35,300 nt of DNA, from NCBI GenBank assembly GCA_965178125.1, contig CBCXTV010000012.1, positions 1 through 35,300 of the forward strand. Direction: 5' to 3'. This stretch comes from Bilabrum cf. latius. Lineage: Eukaryota. Of the stretch, positions 1 through 11,694 are shown piece after piece (the stretch's first letter is position 1; each line of letters starts with the position of its first letter). The notes beneath the pieces are model-generated. The model was not told where the DNA came from, made no database searches, and worked only from the letters and a program-made list of their open reading frames with translations. The position numbers were made by a program, and so were the translations under genes.

Positions 1-160
1 CCGCGAGCCTTCGCGCGCAAAGTGTCCCGGTCCAGGCGCGGCCCCATGGTAGGCGCCCGCAGCCTCACTCGCCAGCGCCGCCGCCAGCGCAGGATCCATT
101 TCCGCGGCGGCCTCTCAACACGCCCCCCGATGTGGCCGCCGGCCCCAACGGCGGCGGAGG
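1..160 (-). pseudogene. Remnant of transposase exon 1 in the preceding, internally deleted unit copy
   Basis: 1-160 is identical to 19370-19529. The sequence then jumps directly to the equivalent of 21572, so the 5' part of the transposase gene is missing. Confidence 0.9.
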
Positions 161-574
161 TGGACGCTCCGGGCCGGCAACGGTGGATCCTCGCTCAGAG
201 CACGGAGGGCTGGTGCACGGTCCGAAGCGCAGGCGGTCGCATGCCTCATCTTCCAATAAGAAACGCGGGCAGGCGGAAGGTGGCGTTCACTCCTGGGGAA
301 TGCTTGTGTGACTGTGAGAGTGTGTGCAAACCGGAGGAAAAAAAAAACTTCAGACTATCACAGCGTCCGAGGACGCAACCTCGAAAGAGGCATCTATGAC
401 GATTATGATCTCGTTGGGAAACTCTCAAATGGAAGCCCAAGAAAATACGACCGCCAAGTCATAAGGCGACAGTGCCAAACAGAAGACGGGCACACACATG
501 AAACACCGAGCACTGTCCCATTGGAGGCCAAGCGCTCTCCGGCAAAATGCGACATGTGAGTACGTCGTGTCATA

Positions 575-1030
575 GCATCCCCTTACCTGTCAATGTGCAA
601 GGCGAGTCCCCCTCTGATGTCCCTCAGCCTACCATTCGACCGTCAAAGATCCGCCTCGGAGCTGGGCTGGGCCTTCACTTCAACATAGGGACAAGCACTG
701 ACTTGAGACACGCTGCAAACACATGTTGTTCATGCCAGGAGGCTGTGCCATGTCAACACCTTGCTGCCAGTGAGGATGCCCATCCTCTTTCGTTCTACAA
801 GCCCCTGCGCATACCACTCGACCGTCAAAGATCGGCCTCGAAGCCGGGCCCGGCCTTCACAGCAACATAGAGACATCCACGGAAATGAGACACCCCGGAA
901 ACACACATTATTCATGCGAGCGGCCTGTGCCATGTCCACCCTTAGCCGGTCAAGGTGCCATGCCGAGTCACTTGTTCAAGCCTGCGCGCCTGCCACTCGA
1001 CCGTCAGAGATCGCCCTGGAAGCTGGGCAA
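575..1030. repeat. Three degenerate ~180-bp tandem repeats
   Basis: Core CCA(C/T)TCGACCGTCA(A/G)AGATC at 632, 814 and 993 (spacing 182 and 179). A related core lies at 20580, and the block is repeated at about 21990-22445. Confidence 0.8.
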
Positions 1031-1038
1031 AACTGTCC

Positions 1039-1124
1039 CGCGCCCGGGCCTGGCCATGGCCCGGGCCCGAGGCCCGGGCGCCAGGCCCGGGCCAGAGGCC
1101 GGCCCGGGCACCGGGCCCGGGCCC
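1039..1124. repeat. GC-rich palindromic GCCCGGGC tract
   Basis: Clustered GCCCGGGC/GGCC palindromes; also present at about 22453-22538. Confidence 0.7.
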
Positions 1125-1345
1125 AAAGTTTGACGGCACGAGCAAAGATGTCGGACCTTACTTCTGCGGGCGGGACGTCCGCCCTGTCGGCCCGCATGGG
1201 CAGTTGAGTCCGCCGCCCGGGCGCTTCCCGGGCAGAGGGCGCGCGCTCCCGCGACGGGAGGCGAAGCGCTCACCCTTCGGCGCGGCAAAGCGCTCGCGCG
1301 GGCGAGGCGAAGCGGCCTCGGGCGGCCAAGCACCGGCCGCCGCAC

Positions 1346-4083
1346 TCATCCGGAGGAGAGCTCCTCGTCGGACTCGAGGCCCTCCTGCGCCCAGTCGGGG
1401 CCCAAGAAGTAGTCCCACAAGTGCCGGTTGTAGAGCTGCTTGTAGAGCAAGGCCTCGTGAGGCGCCGCCGTCCGGGCGTCGTCGAGCTCGAGCGCCACCG
1501 GCTTGTACCAGGTAGTGTCCGCCTTGGTGTTGGTGGGGGGGGGGGGGGGGGGAAGAGGGGGAAATGGGTGGGTGGGCTTTGTGGTCGCGGGTGGGGCTGA
1601 GCGGGGGGTTTCTGGGGAGGCAAAGCGCTCTCCCGGTGAGAGCAAAAATCAGAACGCCAATGACCGCAACCGCCTCGGCCAACTCAGCGAAGACCCGGCG
1701 CTGGTAGACCGAAATGGCCTGCCGGCGCTTCCGCGCTTGCTCCTTCGTGAGGCGATGGACCACCTCGTCGAGCGCTCGCTCGTCACACACAAGCTGCTCC
1801 GCCAATCGGGTGATAGGGCTGGGTCTCCCCCCCGGGGTGGTGCCGTAGCCCTCGGGATCCTCTCTGAGCATCGCCGGACCGCGGTCCTGGCTCTGGAGCG
1901 GACGAGCTCTCCTCCCCGCGCGGCCAAGCGCTCGCGGACCCGCATGCTGCTCGGACCTTTCCTTCCATGCCCGGCGGGCGGCCTGCTCTTGCTGGTTCGG
2001 GCTCACAGGCGGGCCGATCCATTGACCATGCCAGTCAACCCACCATCTCCGCCACAGCCTCTCCGACCAGGCCGGGTCGGAGACTGCCGTCGGGGGGAGC
2101 TGCGTCTTCCAGTGCAGCCCCGGAGCGCTCAAGTTGAGCTTTTCAAGCCACAGCGGTGGCCCTTTGTCCGTCCACCCGCAGAGGTGCCGCTCGCCCTTTG
2201 CGCAACGGAACCCCTCCCCGACCCAGCTATTCTTCCAGCTGGAGTTGCGGACCCATCGGCCTTTCTCGCACCCGCTCACATGGGCTTCGTACGACCCGGC
2301 GCTCGGCCATAAATAGCAGGCACCTACGGTGTTCTGCGCCCCGCCGGCGAGCCACTGGGCCAGGATAATGTCCAGGTGATTGGGCGTGGACCTTTCGAGC
2401 ACCTCAAGAAAGGCCGCCGCGAAAGTTTTCGTGAAGGCGACGAGGGTCGTGGCATGGCCCGGCTGCCACTTCCTATGGGATTGGCCCTCCCAACAAAGCC
2501 ACACGAAGTTCCCACGACCTTGGCGCGCCGCTGCGGTCGCGATGTGGATCAGATCCACGAGCTCCTGCGACGGTTTCGCCTTCGGAGGCTTGTGCTTCCA
2601 TCCCAGGAAGCACCTTTGCTGCGCCTTTTTGGACGCTTGGGACACCCGGAACTTTTTCGCCTGCCGCTCGTGCCCGTCTGTGCCCGGCGCGGCCGGCGGG
2701 TCTCTCCCCTCGGTTTTGGCGGAGGTCCCAACGGTCTGGGGCGAAGCGCTCCCAGCTGAGCCCGGCAAAGCGCTCGGGGCGGAGGGCGTCACTTGGCCGA
2801 CGTCGTTTTCCTGTTTTTCCTCCTTCGTCGTGGGTGCTGTCGGTCCCGCAGCAGCGGGTGGGGAGGAGGCGGGAGGCGAAGCGCTCTCCCCGGTTCGCTC
2901 CGGCGCGCTCGGTTGCGCGCTCTGGGTTCCCGAGGGGGCGCCCCGAGGTTCCGACCCCGCCCCTGTCGCCGGCTCTTCCCTCGTCGACACGAAGAGGGCG
3001 CGGACGTCCTCGTGGAGCTGCTGCGAGATCGTCTTGCCAGCGAAGCTGCCCCAGTGTCGGTTTCTGTCCGCCCAGCAATCCTTCTCGTACATGCGGTAGT
3101 CGCCTTCGGCCAGGATGAACAACGTGTCTTCCGCATAAGAGACAGCCGGGGGTCGACGCAATGCCGAAGGAGTATGTCCTTGGATGGAAATGGTTATCAA
3201 AACAGGCCTGCAGGCCCCCCTCCCCCCCCCCCCCCCCCAAAAAAAAAAAGGCCTCGAGGCCCCAAGATTTTTCTCTGGTCTAATCGTCCTTCCAGAAGTG
3301 GAAGACGGCGTGCCTCCTCTCGCAAGCGGGCTCTCTTGACGCCGCCCGTCCCACCATTTCCACACACTGGCAGGGGCGGAATCTCATCATGTACGGGAGG
3401 GTCGCGACCTCGGCTTCGTCCTCGTGGGTGAGCGTCATCACCTTGAGGCATGGCTCGGGTGTCCAATGGCCCCGGGGCTAAGCGCTCCCGGTTCACCGGG
3501 CCACGCGCTCGCGGCGCTGCCGGGGCCAAGCGCTCCCGGCTTCACTGTCGCCTTCTCGGGCCCCCGCACCCCGCGCCACTTCCCACCCGGCCCGGCGCTC
3601 CCACCCCAAGAAGGCCCTCCGCCCGTCCCGCCCTGTTCCCGGATTCCCCCCCGCCCCACCGCCCGCCCGGCCCGGCCCGAGGGAACGGACCCACCCAAGA
3701 CATATGCACGACAACAACATGAACCTGCACTGGCCGCCCTTCGATGACCTTCAACGTCGACTGCGGGTTGAACCTCGCCGGGGCGCTGTTCAACTGCGTC
3801 CGCGCGTACTCCGCCGCGAAGAACTGCAGGTCATCATGGATCTTCTTCGCCGCCGGGCTCGTCGGGTCCAATGCTTTCCCATCAGCTTCTGCCACTCCTG
3901 CTCAGTGTAGGCCTCGGCGCCGCCGGACTGGTAATTCGTGACTTCGTGCACGAACGCCATCCTCGTCTCCTTCTCCGCCTCCTCCCATCGCTTCTGGCGC
4001 TCGTCCGTCGTGAGGAGGTTCTCCCTCTGGTGCCGGCCTTTCACCTGCTTCAGCCAGTCGTCGCCGGACCCGCCGGACGCCAT
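1346..4083 (-). CDS. Multi-exon, frameshifted gene with GT25-like (GT-A fold) glycosyltransferase motifs
   Basis: Ordered motifs VHVVVVHMS, TLFILAEGDY, NFVWLCW, GHATTLVAFTKTFAAAFL, HLDIILAQWL and YLWPSAGSYEAHVS resemble the GT25 pattern (IyvInL, lIlEDD, gt-aY-is--gA--ll, piD--l, y---P-----S). A predicted last intron 1673-1523 (GC..AG) joins FAELAE to ADTTWYK in frame. The upstream exon structure and the link to the ATG at 4083 are uncertain. Confidence 0.5.
1523..1673 (-). other. Predicted GC-AG intron (151 nt)
   Basis: GAG|GC donor and AAG|G acceptor. Removing it fuses two protein-like frames in phase and skips a low-complexity poly-C tract. Confidence 0.65.
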
Positions 4084-4284
4084 GGCGGGGCGCGCTCGCG
4101 CCCCAAGGGGTCCACTGGCGGCTAAGCGCTCGCCGTGCCGACGCGGCTGAAACGATGGCCACGAGCGCGGGCGGAGGCGACTCACCAGACACCGGACTTT
4201 CCTTGTCATGCAAGATGCCCGGGAAGCCCCCGGCATGGACGGCAAAGCGCTCGCCCTGTGCCGGGGTGATCTCCGTCCCTGAGA

Positions 4285-4644
4285 TCATGGCCAGAGGACA
4301 CCCTTCTGCTTCAAATTCACTTCGCGCAAGCGTGCCCCCCCCCCCGGCATGCCCACACCGAGCAATGCACACCGCTGCTGGAACTCCCAGCAATCCCTCC
4401 CTGCGACGGGCAACTTGGCATTCGGATGCCTCCGGTCCAACCACAGCATGTAACTTCGCAAGCGTTTGTCTTGCGTCTCGAAATTCCATGTCTCCCCGGG
4501 CTGTACCGGCTCCAAAGGCCCCATCATGCCATCGAGCAAACATGGCTGTCCAGGACCCCGCTTTTGCACCCATGCTAGGTACTGCCTCAGGCCCTCCGGG
4601 CCCGCTCGCCCGGAGAGTTCGCCCATGAGCCCTGACTGCGCCAT
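4285..4644 (-). CDS. Hypothetical 119-aa protein (MAQSG...)
   Basis: ATG start, protein-like composition (LRQYLAWVQKR, LRSYMLWLDRRH), and the frame is kept in the internal duplicate. Confidence 0.55.
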   Translation of the reverse strand: MAQSGLMGELSGRAGPEGLRQYLAWVQKRGPGQPCLLDGMMGPLEPVQPGETWNFETQDKRLRSYMLWLDRRHPNAKLPVAGRDCWEFQQRCALLGVGMPGGGARLREVNLKQKGVLWP

Positions 4645-5270
4645 GTTCGAACCGCCGCGTCTGCAGACACCCTTGTTACTCCAAGCGTGACGACCTCATG
4701 CGTCGACAAGCTCGAATGCGAAAAGAACATGACGCACACGGAGACCCACAAAAAAAAAACACATGCAACTACCTGAGGTCGATGGGAGAGGTTTGCCCTG
4801 AACGCCACAGCCACCAAGGGGTCGCACCCAGCCAACAACGCGTTGCCACCCAGGTGTCGGGACAGTCCCGGCGCTGGTCTTCCTCCGCACCGCGGCCAAG
4901 CGCTCGCGCCTCCGGGTGCGCGGCGAAGCGCTCGCGCTATCCATGTACTTTCTCCGGTTGCACCGTCGCCGGCGCGGGGCCGGCAACAGCAGCGCGCCCG
5001 CATGGGACGACCTTTCCGGCACGCAGGCGGCCCCGATTTTGGGGCTGGATTTTGGCCCCGAAATCTGCGGGCCAAAGGGTGTCCCCCAACTGTTGGCGAT
5101 CCCCTCTTTCGAGCACACCTTTCGGGACCAAAATCCGGCCCCGAAAACAAGCCCGCCCAAGGGCGCTTTGCGTCACGCTACTGTGGGGTCCTCGAGGGGC
5201 CCAAAAAAACGAACCGGGGACGGGACCCGAAAAGGGTCGCGACCGGGGCCCCTTTTCAGGGGCCGTGGTC
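4645..5270. promoter_or_regulatory. Shared upstream non-coding module, copy A
   Basis: Diverged homology to about 13172-13780. Both copies lie directly 5' of a minus-strand ATG (4644 and 13141). Confidence 0.45.
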
Positions 5271-5400
5271 TCATGAGAGCTAGACTGATGTTCACCTGGA
5301 GGTGAGGCCCTGCCTCGGCCCGACAAGCGAAGCGCTCCGTCTCCCCGCTCCACCCGGGTCGGCCCATGCGGAATCCGGCGGCCGTGGCAGTTGGCGGTAG

Positions 5401-5990
5401 TCAGTGACCCAGGATGGGCCTCGAGATGGGGCCGGCGAAGCGCTCGCCCTGTGGTCCCTGCGATAGGAAGAGCTGGGAATGGCGCCTCTTCTTTCCCTGC
5501 GTCTGCTGAGAACCGGCGGCTGCAGCAGCGTCGCGGGCTGCGGGGCTGCTTGACGCAGCCCCTGTCGCGCTGCTGGGGCCCAGCGTCCGGGACTCAGAGC
5601 CGGCGCCTGCGGCTGGGGCTGGTGCTGCGGTGCTGCTGCACGCAGCCTCTGTGGCCCTGCCATGGCCCAACGCCAGCGGCTCAGTCGGCTGAGGCTGCTT
5701 CTGTGGCGCATCGACCTTCTTCGGCAAGCCCCATTTCTTCACATAGCTCCAAGCCCGAAAGTCCGCGTCCGTCCACAAGCCCTCCTTCCAAGTCCGCCAA
5801 TCATTGCCGTCCCACTTCTGGGCGCGGCGCCAAGCTGCCTCCCACTCCTCCTTCTCTTGTGGGGTCCAGTCGCGCTCAGCCGCTGCAACGCCCTCGCCGC
5901 GGTGGCCTTCATCGACGCGGCCCGTCGTGCTCCCCTCGAGCCGAGTGACGCGGAGGCCCATCCTCGCCAAGTGAGCGCCCAAGTCGTCAT
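5401..5990 (-). pseudogene. 5'-truncated copy of the Trp-rich ORF
   Basis: About 5484-5988 matches about 7714-8220, but its start is replaced by the duplicated 3434-type block. Also present at about 26779-27366 and 33864-34450. Confidence 0.65.
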
Positions 5991-7261
5991 CACCTTGAGG
6001 CATGGCTCGGGTGTCCAATGGCCCCGGGGCTAAGCGCTCCCGGTTCACCGGGCCACGCGCTCGCGGCGCTGCCGGGGCCAAGCGCTCCCGGCTTCACTGT
6101 CGCCTTCTCGGGCCCCCGCACCCCGCGCCACTTCCCACCCGGCCCGGCGCTCCCACCCCAAGAAGGCCCTCCGCCCGTCCCGCCCTGTTCCCGGATTCCC
6201 CCCCGCTCCACCGCCCGCCCGGCCCGGCCCGAGGGAACGGACCCACCCAAGACATATGGACGACAACAACATGAACCTGCACTGGCCGCCCCTAGTCGAT
6301 GACCTTCAACGTCGACTGCGGGTTGAACCTCGCCGGGGCGCTGTTCAACTGCGTCCGCGCGTACTCCGCCGCGAAGAACTGCAGGTCATCATGGATCTTC
6401 TTCGCCGCCGGGCTCGTCGGGTCCAATGCTTCCCCCATCAGCTTCTGCCACTCCTGCTCAGTGTAGGCCTCGGCGCCGCCGGACTGGTAGTTCGTGACTT
6501 CGTGCACGAACGCCATCCTCGTCTCCTTCTCCGCCTCCTCCCATCGCTTCTGGCGCTCGTCCGTCGTGAGGAGGTTCTCCTTCTGGTGCCGGCCTTTCAC
6601 CAGCTTCAGCCAGTCGTCGCCGGACCCGCCGGACGCCATGGCGGGGCGCGCTCGCGCCCCAAGGGGTCGACTGGCGGCTAAGCGCTCGCCGTGCCGACTT
6701 TCCTTGTCATGCAAGATGCCCGGGAAGCCCCCGGCATGGACGGCAAAGCGCTCGCCCTGTGCCGGGGTGATCTCCGTCCCTGAGATCATGGCCAGAGGAC
6801 ACCCTTCTGCTTCAAATTCACTTCGCGCAAGCGTGCCCCCCCTGGCATGCCCACACCAAGCCATGCACACCGCTGCTGGAACTCCCAGCAATCCCTCCCT
6901 GCGACGGGCAACTTGGCATTCGGATGCCTCCGGTCCAACCACAGCATGTAACTTCGCAAGCGTTTGTCTTGCGTCTCGAAATTCCATGTCTCCCCGGGCT
7001 GTACCGGCTCCAAAGGCCCCATCATGCCATCGAGCAACCATGGCTGTCCAGGACCCCGCTTTTGCACCCATGCCAGGTACTGCCTCAGGCCCTCCGGGCC
7101 CGCTCGCCCGGAGAGTTCGCCCATGAGCCCTGACTGCGCCATGTTCGAACCGCCGCGTCTGCAGACACCCTTGTTACTCCAAGCGTGACGACCTCATGCG
7201 TCGACAAGCTCGAATGCGAAAAGAACATGACGCACACGGAGACCCACAAAAAAACACATGC
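5986..7261 (-). repeat. Internal ~1.3 kb duplication of 3434-4766 (5' part of the GT25-like gene plus the MAQSG ORF)
   Basis: Near-identical sequence that lacks about 57 nt (equivalent to 4140-4196). It contains ORFs 6639-6292 and 7142-6786. Confidence 0.9.
6786..7142 (-). CDS. Second copy of the MAQSG hypothetical protein (118 aa)
   Basis: Near-identical to 4285-4644. Confidence 0.55.
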   Translation of the reverse strand: MAQSGLMGELSGRAGPEGLRQYLAWVQKRGPGQPWLLDGMMGPLEPVQPGETWNFETQDKRLRSYMLWLDRRHPNAKLPVAGRDCWEFQQRCAWLGVGMPGGARLREVNLKQKGVLWP

Positions 7262-7423
7262 GGTCCCAGAAAGGATGCGGTGCCACCTGGCCCAACACGA
7301 GCTGGTGTACTAGGCGTGCGCGGCGCTACGCCGAGTTTAAGGTGCCGATCAGCTTCCTCTGCAACCGCTACGCCACCTGGACCCCTGCCACACAGAGAGA
7401 CGCCCGGTCCCTGCCACACAGAG

Positions 7424-7532
7424 CCACGCGGGCGGGCGAGCGGCCGCCCGCGCGGCCGGGCGGCCGGGCGGCCGGGCGGCCGGGCGGCCGGGCAGGCGGG
7501 CGGACGGCCGGGCGGGCGGGAGGGCGGGCGGC
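7424..7532. repeat. (GGGC/GGCC)n low-complexity tract
   Basis: Direct reading; also present at about 28803-28910. Confidence 0.8.
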
Positions 7533-7661
7533 TCGCGTTACGAAGGTGGGCTCCAAATCCACACTCAATTGACCTAGGCCTTCTTTTGCCGATCTCTAAA
7601 GCGATCGCACCGCGGAGTGAGCGCCTCGCGTCGCGGGGCGATGGGCTCCCGCCGTCGCCGA

Positions 7662-8286
7662 CTACTCCAGGGGCATGCGCGTCACGTCTCCTGGGGCGTC
7701 AGTTTCGCCTAGCCGCCTCTTCTTTCCCTGCGTCTGCTGAGAACCTGCGGCTGCAGCAGCGTCGCGGGCTGCGGGGCTGCTTGACGCAGCCCCTGTCGCG
7801 CTGCTGGGGCCCAGCGTCCGGGACTCAGAGCCGGCGCCCTGCGGCTGGGGCTGGTGCTGCGGTGCTGCTGCACGCAGCCTCTGTGGCCCTGCCATGGCCC
7901 AACGCCAGCGGCTCAGTCGGCTGAGGCTGCTTCTGTGGCGCATCGACCTTCTTCGGCAAGCCCCATTTCTTCACATAGCTCCAAGCCCGAAAGTCCGCGT
8001 CCGTCCACCAGCCTTCCTTCCAAGTCCGCCAATCATTGCCGTCCCACTTCTGGGCGCGGCGCCAAGCTGCCTCCCACTCCTCCTTCTCTTGTGGGGTCCA
8101 GTCGCGCTCAGCCGCTGCAACGCCCTCGCCGCGGTGGCCTTCATCGACGCGGCCCGTCGTGCTCGCCTCGAGCCGAGTGACGCGGAGGCCCATCCTCGCC
8201 AAGTGAGCGCCCAAGTCGTCGAGGTCCGTCAGCTCCCGCAATCCAATGAACAGACCGCGCGTGGCCGAGGGCTCCTCCGCCGCCAT
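7662..8286 (-). CDS. Trp-rich hypothetical protein (~207 aa), 1-nt frameshift in this copy
   Basis: MAAEEPSATRGLFIGLRELTDL...WTPQEKEEWEAAWRRAQKWDGNDWRTWKEGWW. There is an extra C near 7837 relative to the intact copy at 29662-29039. Confidence 0.6.
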
Positions 8287-8700
8287 CTGCTCGCCGCGCC
8301 GGGAGCACAAGACGCAACAACAACAACAACAAAAGGTGTCCATATGTTTGCGAGCACACGAAACATTGGCATGCTGCCGGACCGCGGTCCAGGCTCTGGC
8401 GCGGACCAGCACTCCTCCCCCCGCGGCCAAGCGCTCGCGGACCCGCATCCAATGAACAGACCGCGCGTGGCCGAGGGCTCCTCCGCCGCCATCAGCTCGC
8501 CGCGCCGGGAGCACAAGACGCAACAACAACAACTTGCTCGAGAACAAAAAATACGGAGCCCGTCCGATGAAGGTGTCCATATGTTTGCGAGCACACGAAC
8601 ATTGGCATGCTGCCGGACCGCGGTCCAGGCTCTGCGCGGACCAGCACCCCCCCCCCCCCCCCCCCCCCCCCCCCGCGGCCAAGCGCTCGCGGACCCGCAT
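8241..8700. repeat. Two-copy tandem duplication spanning the start of the Trp-rich ORF
   Basis: ATCCAATGAACAGACCGCGCG at 8241 and 8447 (period 206). In the next unit it occurs at 29617 and 29855 (period 238). Confidence 0.85.
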
Positions 8701-9500
8701 GCTGCTCGGACCTTTCCTTCCATGCCCGGCGGGTGGAAAAACACGCACTGGTGAATGGTAGGTCCCCACGACCTGTTGGCGTTCCCCCTTTCGAGCACAC
8801 CTTTCGGGGCCAAAACCCGGCCCGCGAAGCGTCCCCACGAACTGTTGGATATCCCCTCTTTCGAGCACACCTTTCGGGACCAAAATCCGGCCCCGAAAAC
8901 AAGCCCGCCCAAGGGCGCTTTGCGTCACGCTACTGTGGGGTCCTCGAGGGGCCCATAAAACGAACCGGGGACGGGGCCCGCAAAGGGTCGCGACCGGGGC
9001 CCCTGTCAGGGGGCCGTGGGCAAGACTGATGTACACCTGGAGGTGAGGCCTTGCCTCGGCCCGACAAGCGAAGCGCTCCGTCTCCCCGCTCCACCCGGGT
9101 CGGCCCATGCGGAAATCCGGCGGTCGTGGCAGTTGGCGGTAGTCAGTGACCCAGGATGGGCCTCGAGATGGGGCCGGCGAAGCGCTCGCCCTGTGGTCCC
9201 TGCGATAGGAAGAGCTGGGAATGGCGGCCCGCGGGCCTGCTGCGACTAGAGCGTCAAAGTCGACAAGGTCCCCAGAAAGGATGCGGTGCCACCTGGCCCA
9301 ACAAGAGCTGGTGTACTAGGCGTGCGCGGCGCTACGCGGAGCTTAAGGTGCCGATCAGCTTCCTCTGCAACCGCTACGACACCTGGACCCCTGCCACACA
9401 GAGAGACGCCCGGCCCCTGCCACACTGAGAGATGCCGACGGCGCGCTGCCAGCGGAAGCACATTGGGCGAAGCGGACCCGGACATCCTCGAGACCCTGGA

Positions 9501-9692
9501 GAAATCCATGCCGGCGCCATCGAAATCCATGCCGCCGCCGCCATCGAAATCCATGCCGCCGCCATCGAAATCCATGCCGCCGCCACCGAAATCCATGCCG
9601 CCGCCGCCATCGAAATCCATCCCGCCGCCAGCACCGAAATCCATGCCGCCGCCACCGAAATCCATGCCGCCGCCGCCATCGAAATCCGTGCC
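9501..9692. repeat. Minisatellite GAAATCCATGCC(GCC)nA(T/C)C, 9 units of 21/24 nt
   Basis: Units start at 9501, 9522, 9546, 9567, 9588, 9612, 9636, 9657 and 9681. One minus frame reads MDF(D/G)GGG(G). Confidence 0.95.
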
Positions 9693-9876
9693 GGGCGTGC
9701 GCGGCGCGACGAGAGGCTGAAGATGCCGATCAGCTTCCTCTGCAACCGCTACGCCACCTGGACCCCTGCCACACGGAGAGACACCCGACCCCTGCCACAC
9801 AGAAACATGCCGACGGCGCGCTGCCAACGGAAGCACATGCCGCTAGTGTAGAAGGCCCGACGCCGCCGCCGCCACC

Positions 9877-10018
9877 GAAATGCATGCCGCCGCCACCGAA
9901 ATCCATGCCGCCGCAGCCATCGAAATCCATGCCGCCGCCACCGAAATCCATGCCGCCGCCGCCACCGAAATCCATGCCGCCGCCATCGAAATCCATGCCG
10001 CCGCAGCCACCGAAATCC
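9877..10018. repeat. Same minisatellite, 7 units
   Basis: Direct reading. Confidence 0.95.
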
Positions 10019-10739
10019 GGGCCGCGATCTCCCTGCGAGGCCCGGCCTCCTGATCGAGGCTGAGCGCGGACGATAGGAAGAGCTGGGAATGGCGCGCGGT
10101 CCGCGAAGGTGTGACGCGGGCACTTTCCACGGAGCAAGGCGCATTCGGTGTCCATGCCCCGGAGCGAAACCTTTTCGGGGATACGTGCGGATGAGGCTGG
10201 CCGATGCAGAATGAATGATATCATCGAGCGCACGACCTCGCTTGCCGCACCCGTTCTTCTACGCCGCGGCGTTAGATTCGGCGAGAGCGAGCTGCAACCG
10301 CCGAGAGCGGTACTACAGCTCCGTCTCGCCAGACACGACACTCAATCAATTTGCCCACCGTCACTTTCAATCAAATCCGCTAGAATTTCCAGCGCTGTGC
10401 GGGAAACGCGAGATTCAGAACGCGCACCTCCGAGGAATTCCTGTTCGAGACTTTCCCCTGGCTTTGACCCAGCACTGGTGGTTGAGGCCACAGCGGCGGC
10501 CGAGCGGGTGGCTGCAGCAGCGGCGGCCGAGTCCGCAACGGCGGCGGTTACGGCAGGGGACCCCGCAAACCTCTCTACAGGAACAGGAAACCGAACGCCA
10601 GGTTTGCTGGGTGGAGACCCCAGAACCCTTGGCCATGAAACCTCGCCATAGAAGGAAGGAGAGGCTCTTCGGCTTTATGACTCTGGGATAGGAAGAGCTG
10701 GGAATAGCGGGCGGGCAGAAGTCCGGCCAGCCGGCCACC

Positions 10740-10846
10740 GAAATCCACGCCGCCGCCGCCGCCATCGAAATCCATGCCGCCGCCACCGAAATCCATGCCG
10801 CCGTCGCCACCGAAATCCATGCCGCCGCCACCACCGAAATCCATGC
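10740..10846. repeat. Same minisatellite, 5 units
   Basis: Direct reading; units of 21, 24 and 27 nt. Confidence 0.95.
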
Positions 10847-11694
10847 TCGCGCCACACATGCCGCTGGTGTAGCAGGCATGCGCGTTGGACACATGCCTCC
10901 GGCGCCGCACGGCTTGATCTGGGAGCGGTTGCTCGAGGCCACCATGCCGGCTCCAGTGGAGGAGGACTCGCGCGGCTGCTCTCCCCCACGTTTCGCGCCG
11001 CCTTCGCCGCAGCGCTGGGCGCCGAAACCGCTGGCGCCACATCTACGCGACGACGCTGGCCATGGAACCTCTGCAAGGAAAGAAGGAACGGCGTTTTCGG
11101 CACTTGGACTCTGCGAGCCAGGCGCCGTTCACAGTTACGGCCCCGGTGCATGAAACGAGGCTGGAGCTCTTGGCCACTTTGGGCCAAGGATTGGCTATGA
11201 GGGTTGGGTGCAAGGGTCCTCGTGCCGCTCTGGCTTTCGTTGCCGCGAAGTGGTCGAAAAGCGGCCGTTTTCGGGAGCGGACTGGCGCCTCGCGACCTGT
11301 GGGACCTATGGCTCCGGTACGAGAAACGGACGGGAAGCGAACGACAGCACCTGGGCAGGGTGGCGGGGCACGGACTGCAAACGGACGGGAAACGAGCGGC
11401 AGGACCAGCAAGGCGGAGAGGGGCAGGATGCGGACTGGCCATGGAACCTCTGCAAGGAAAGAAGGAACGGCGCTTTCGCCACTAGGACCCCCCTGCCCAC
11501 CGGAAGGAATTGGTCTTCTTCGCCACCCACCGATGCTAGCCTCCCAAGCATTCCCGCAGCTGGCCCATATAATACAACGTCATCGCCGAGCTGGGGAAGA
11601 CCAAGCAGAAAGTGTTCTGCGAAAGGTTCTAGTTCAGCCGGCGGCCGCCGAGGGCAGTGAGTGAGCCACGCCGGCCGGCATGCTCGCGGCGATT

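Noticed and set aside
9501-10846. CRISPR array
   Set aside because: The units are contiguous with no unique spacers, and there are no cas-like genes.
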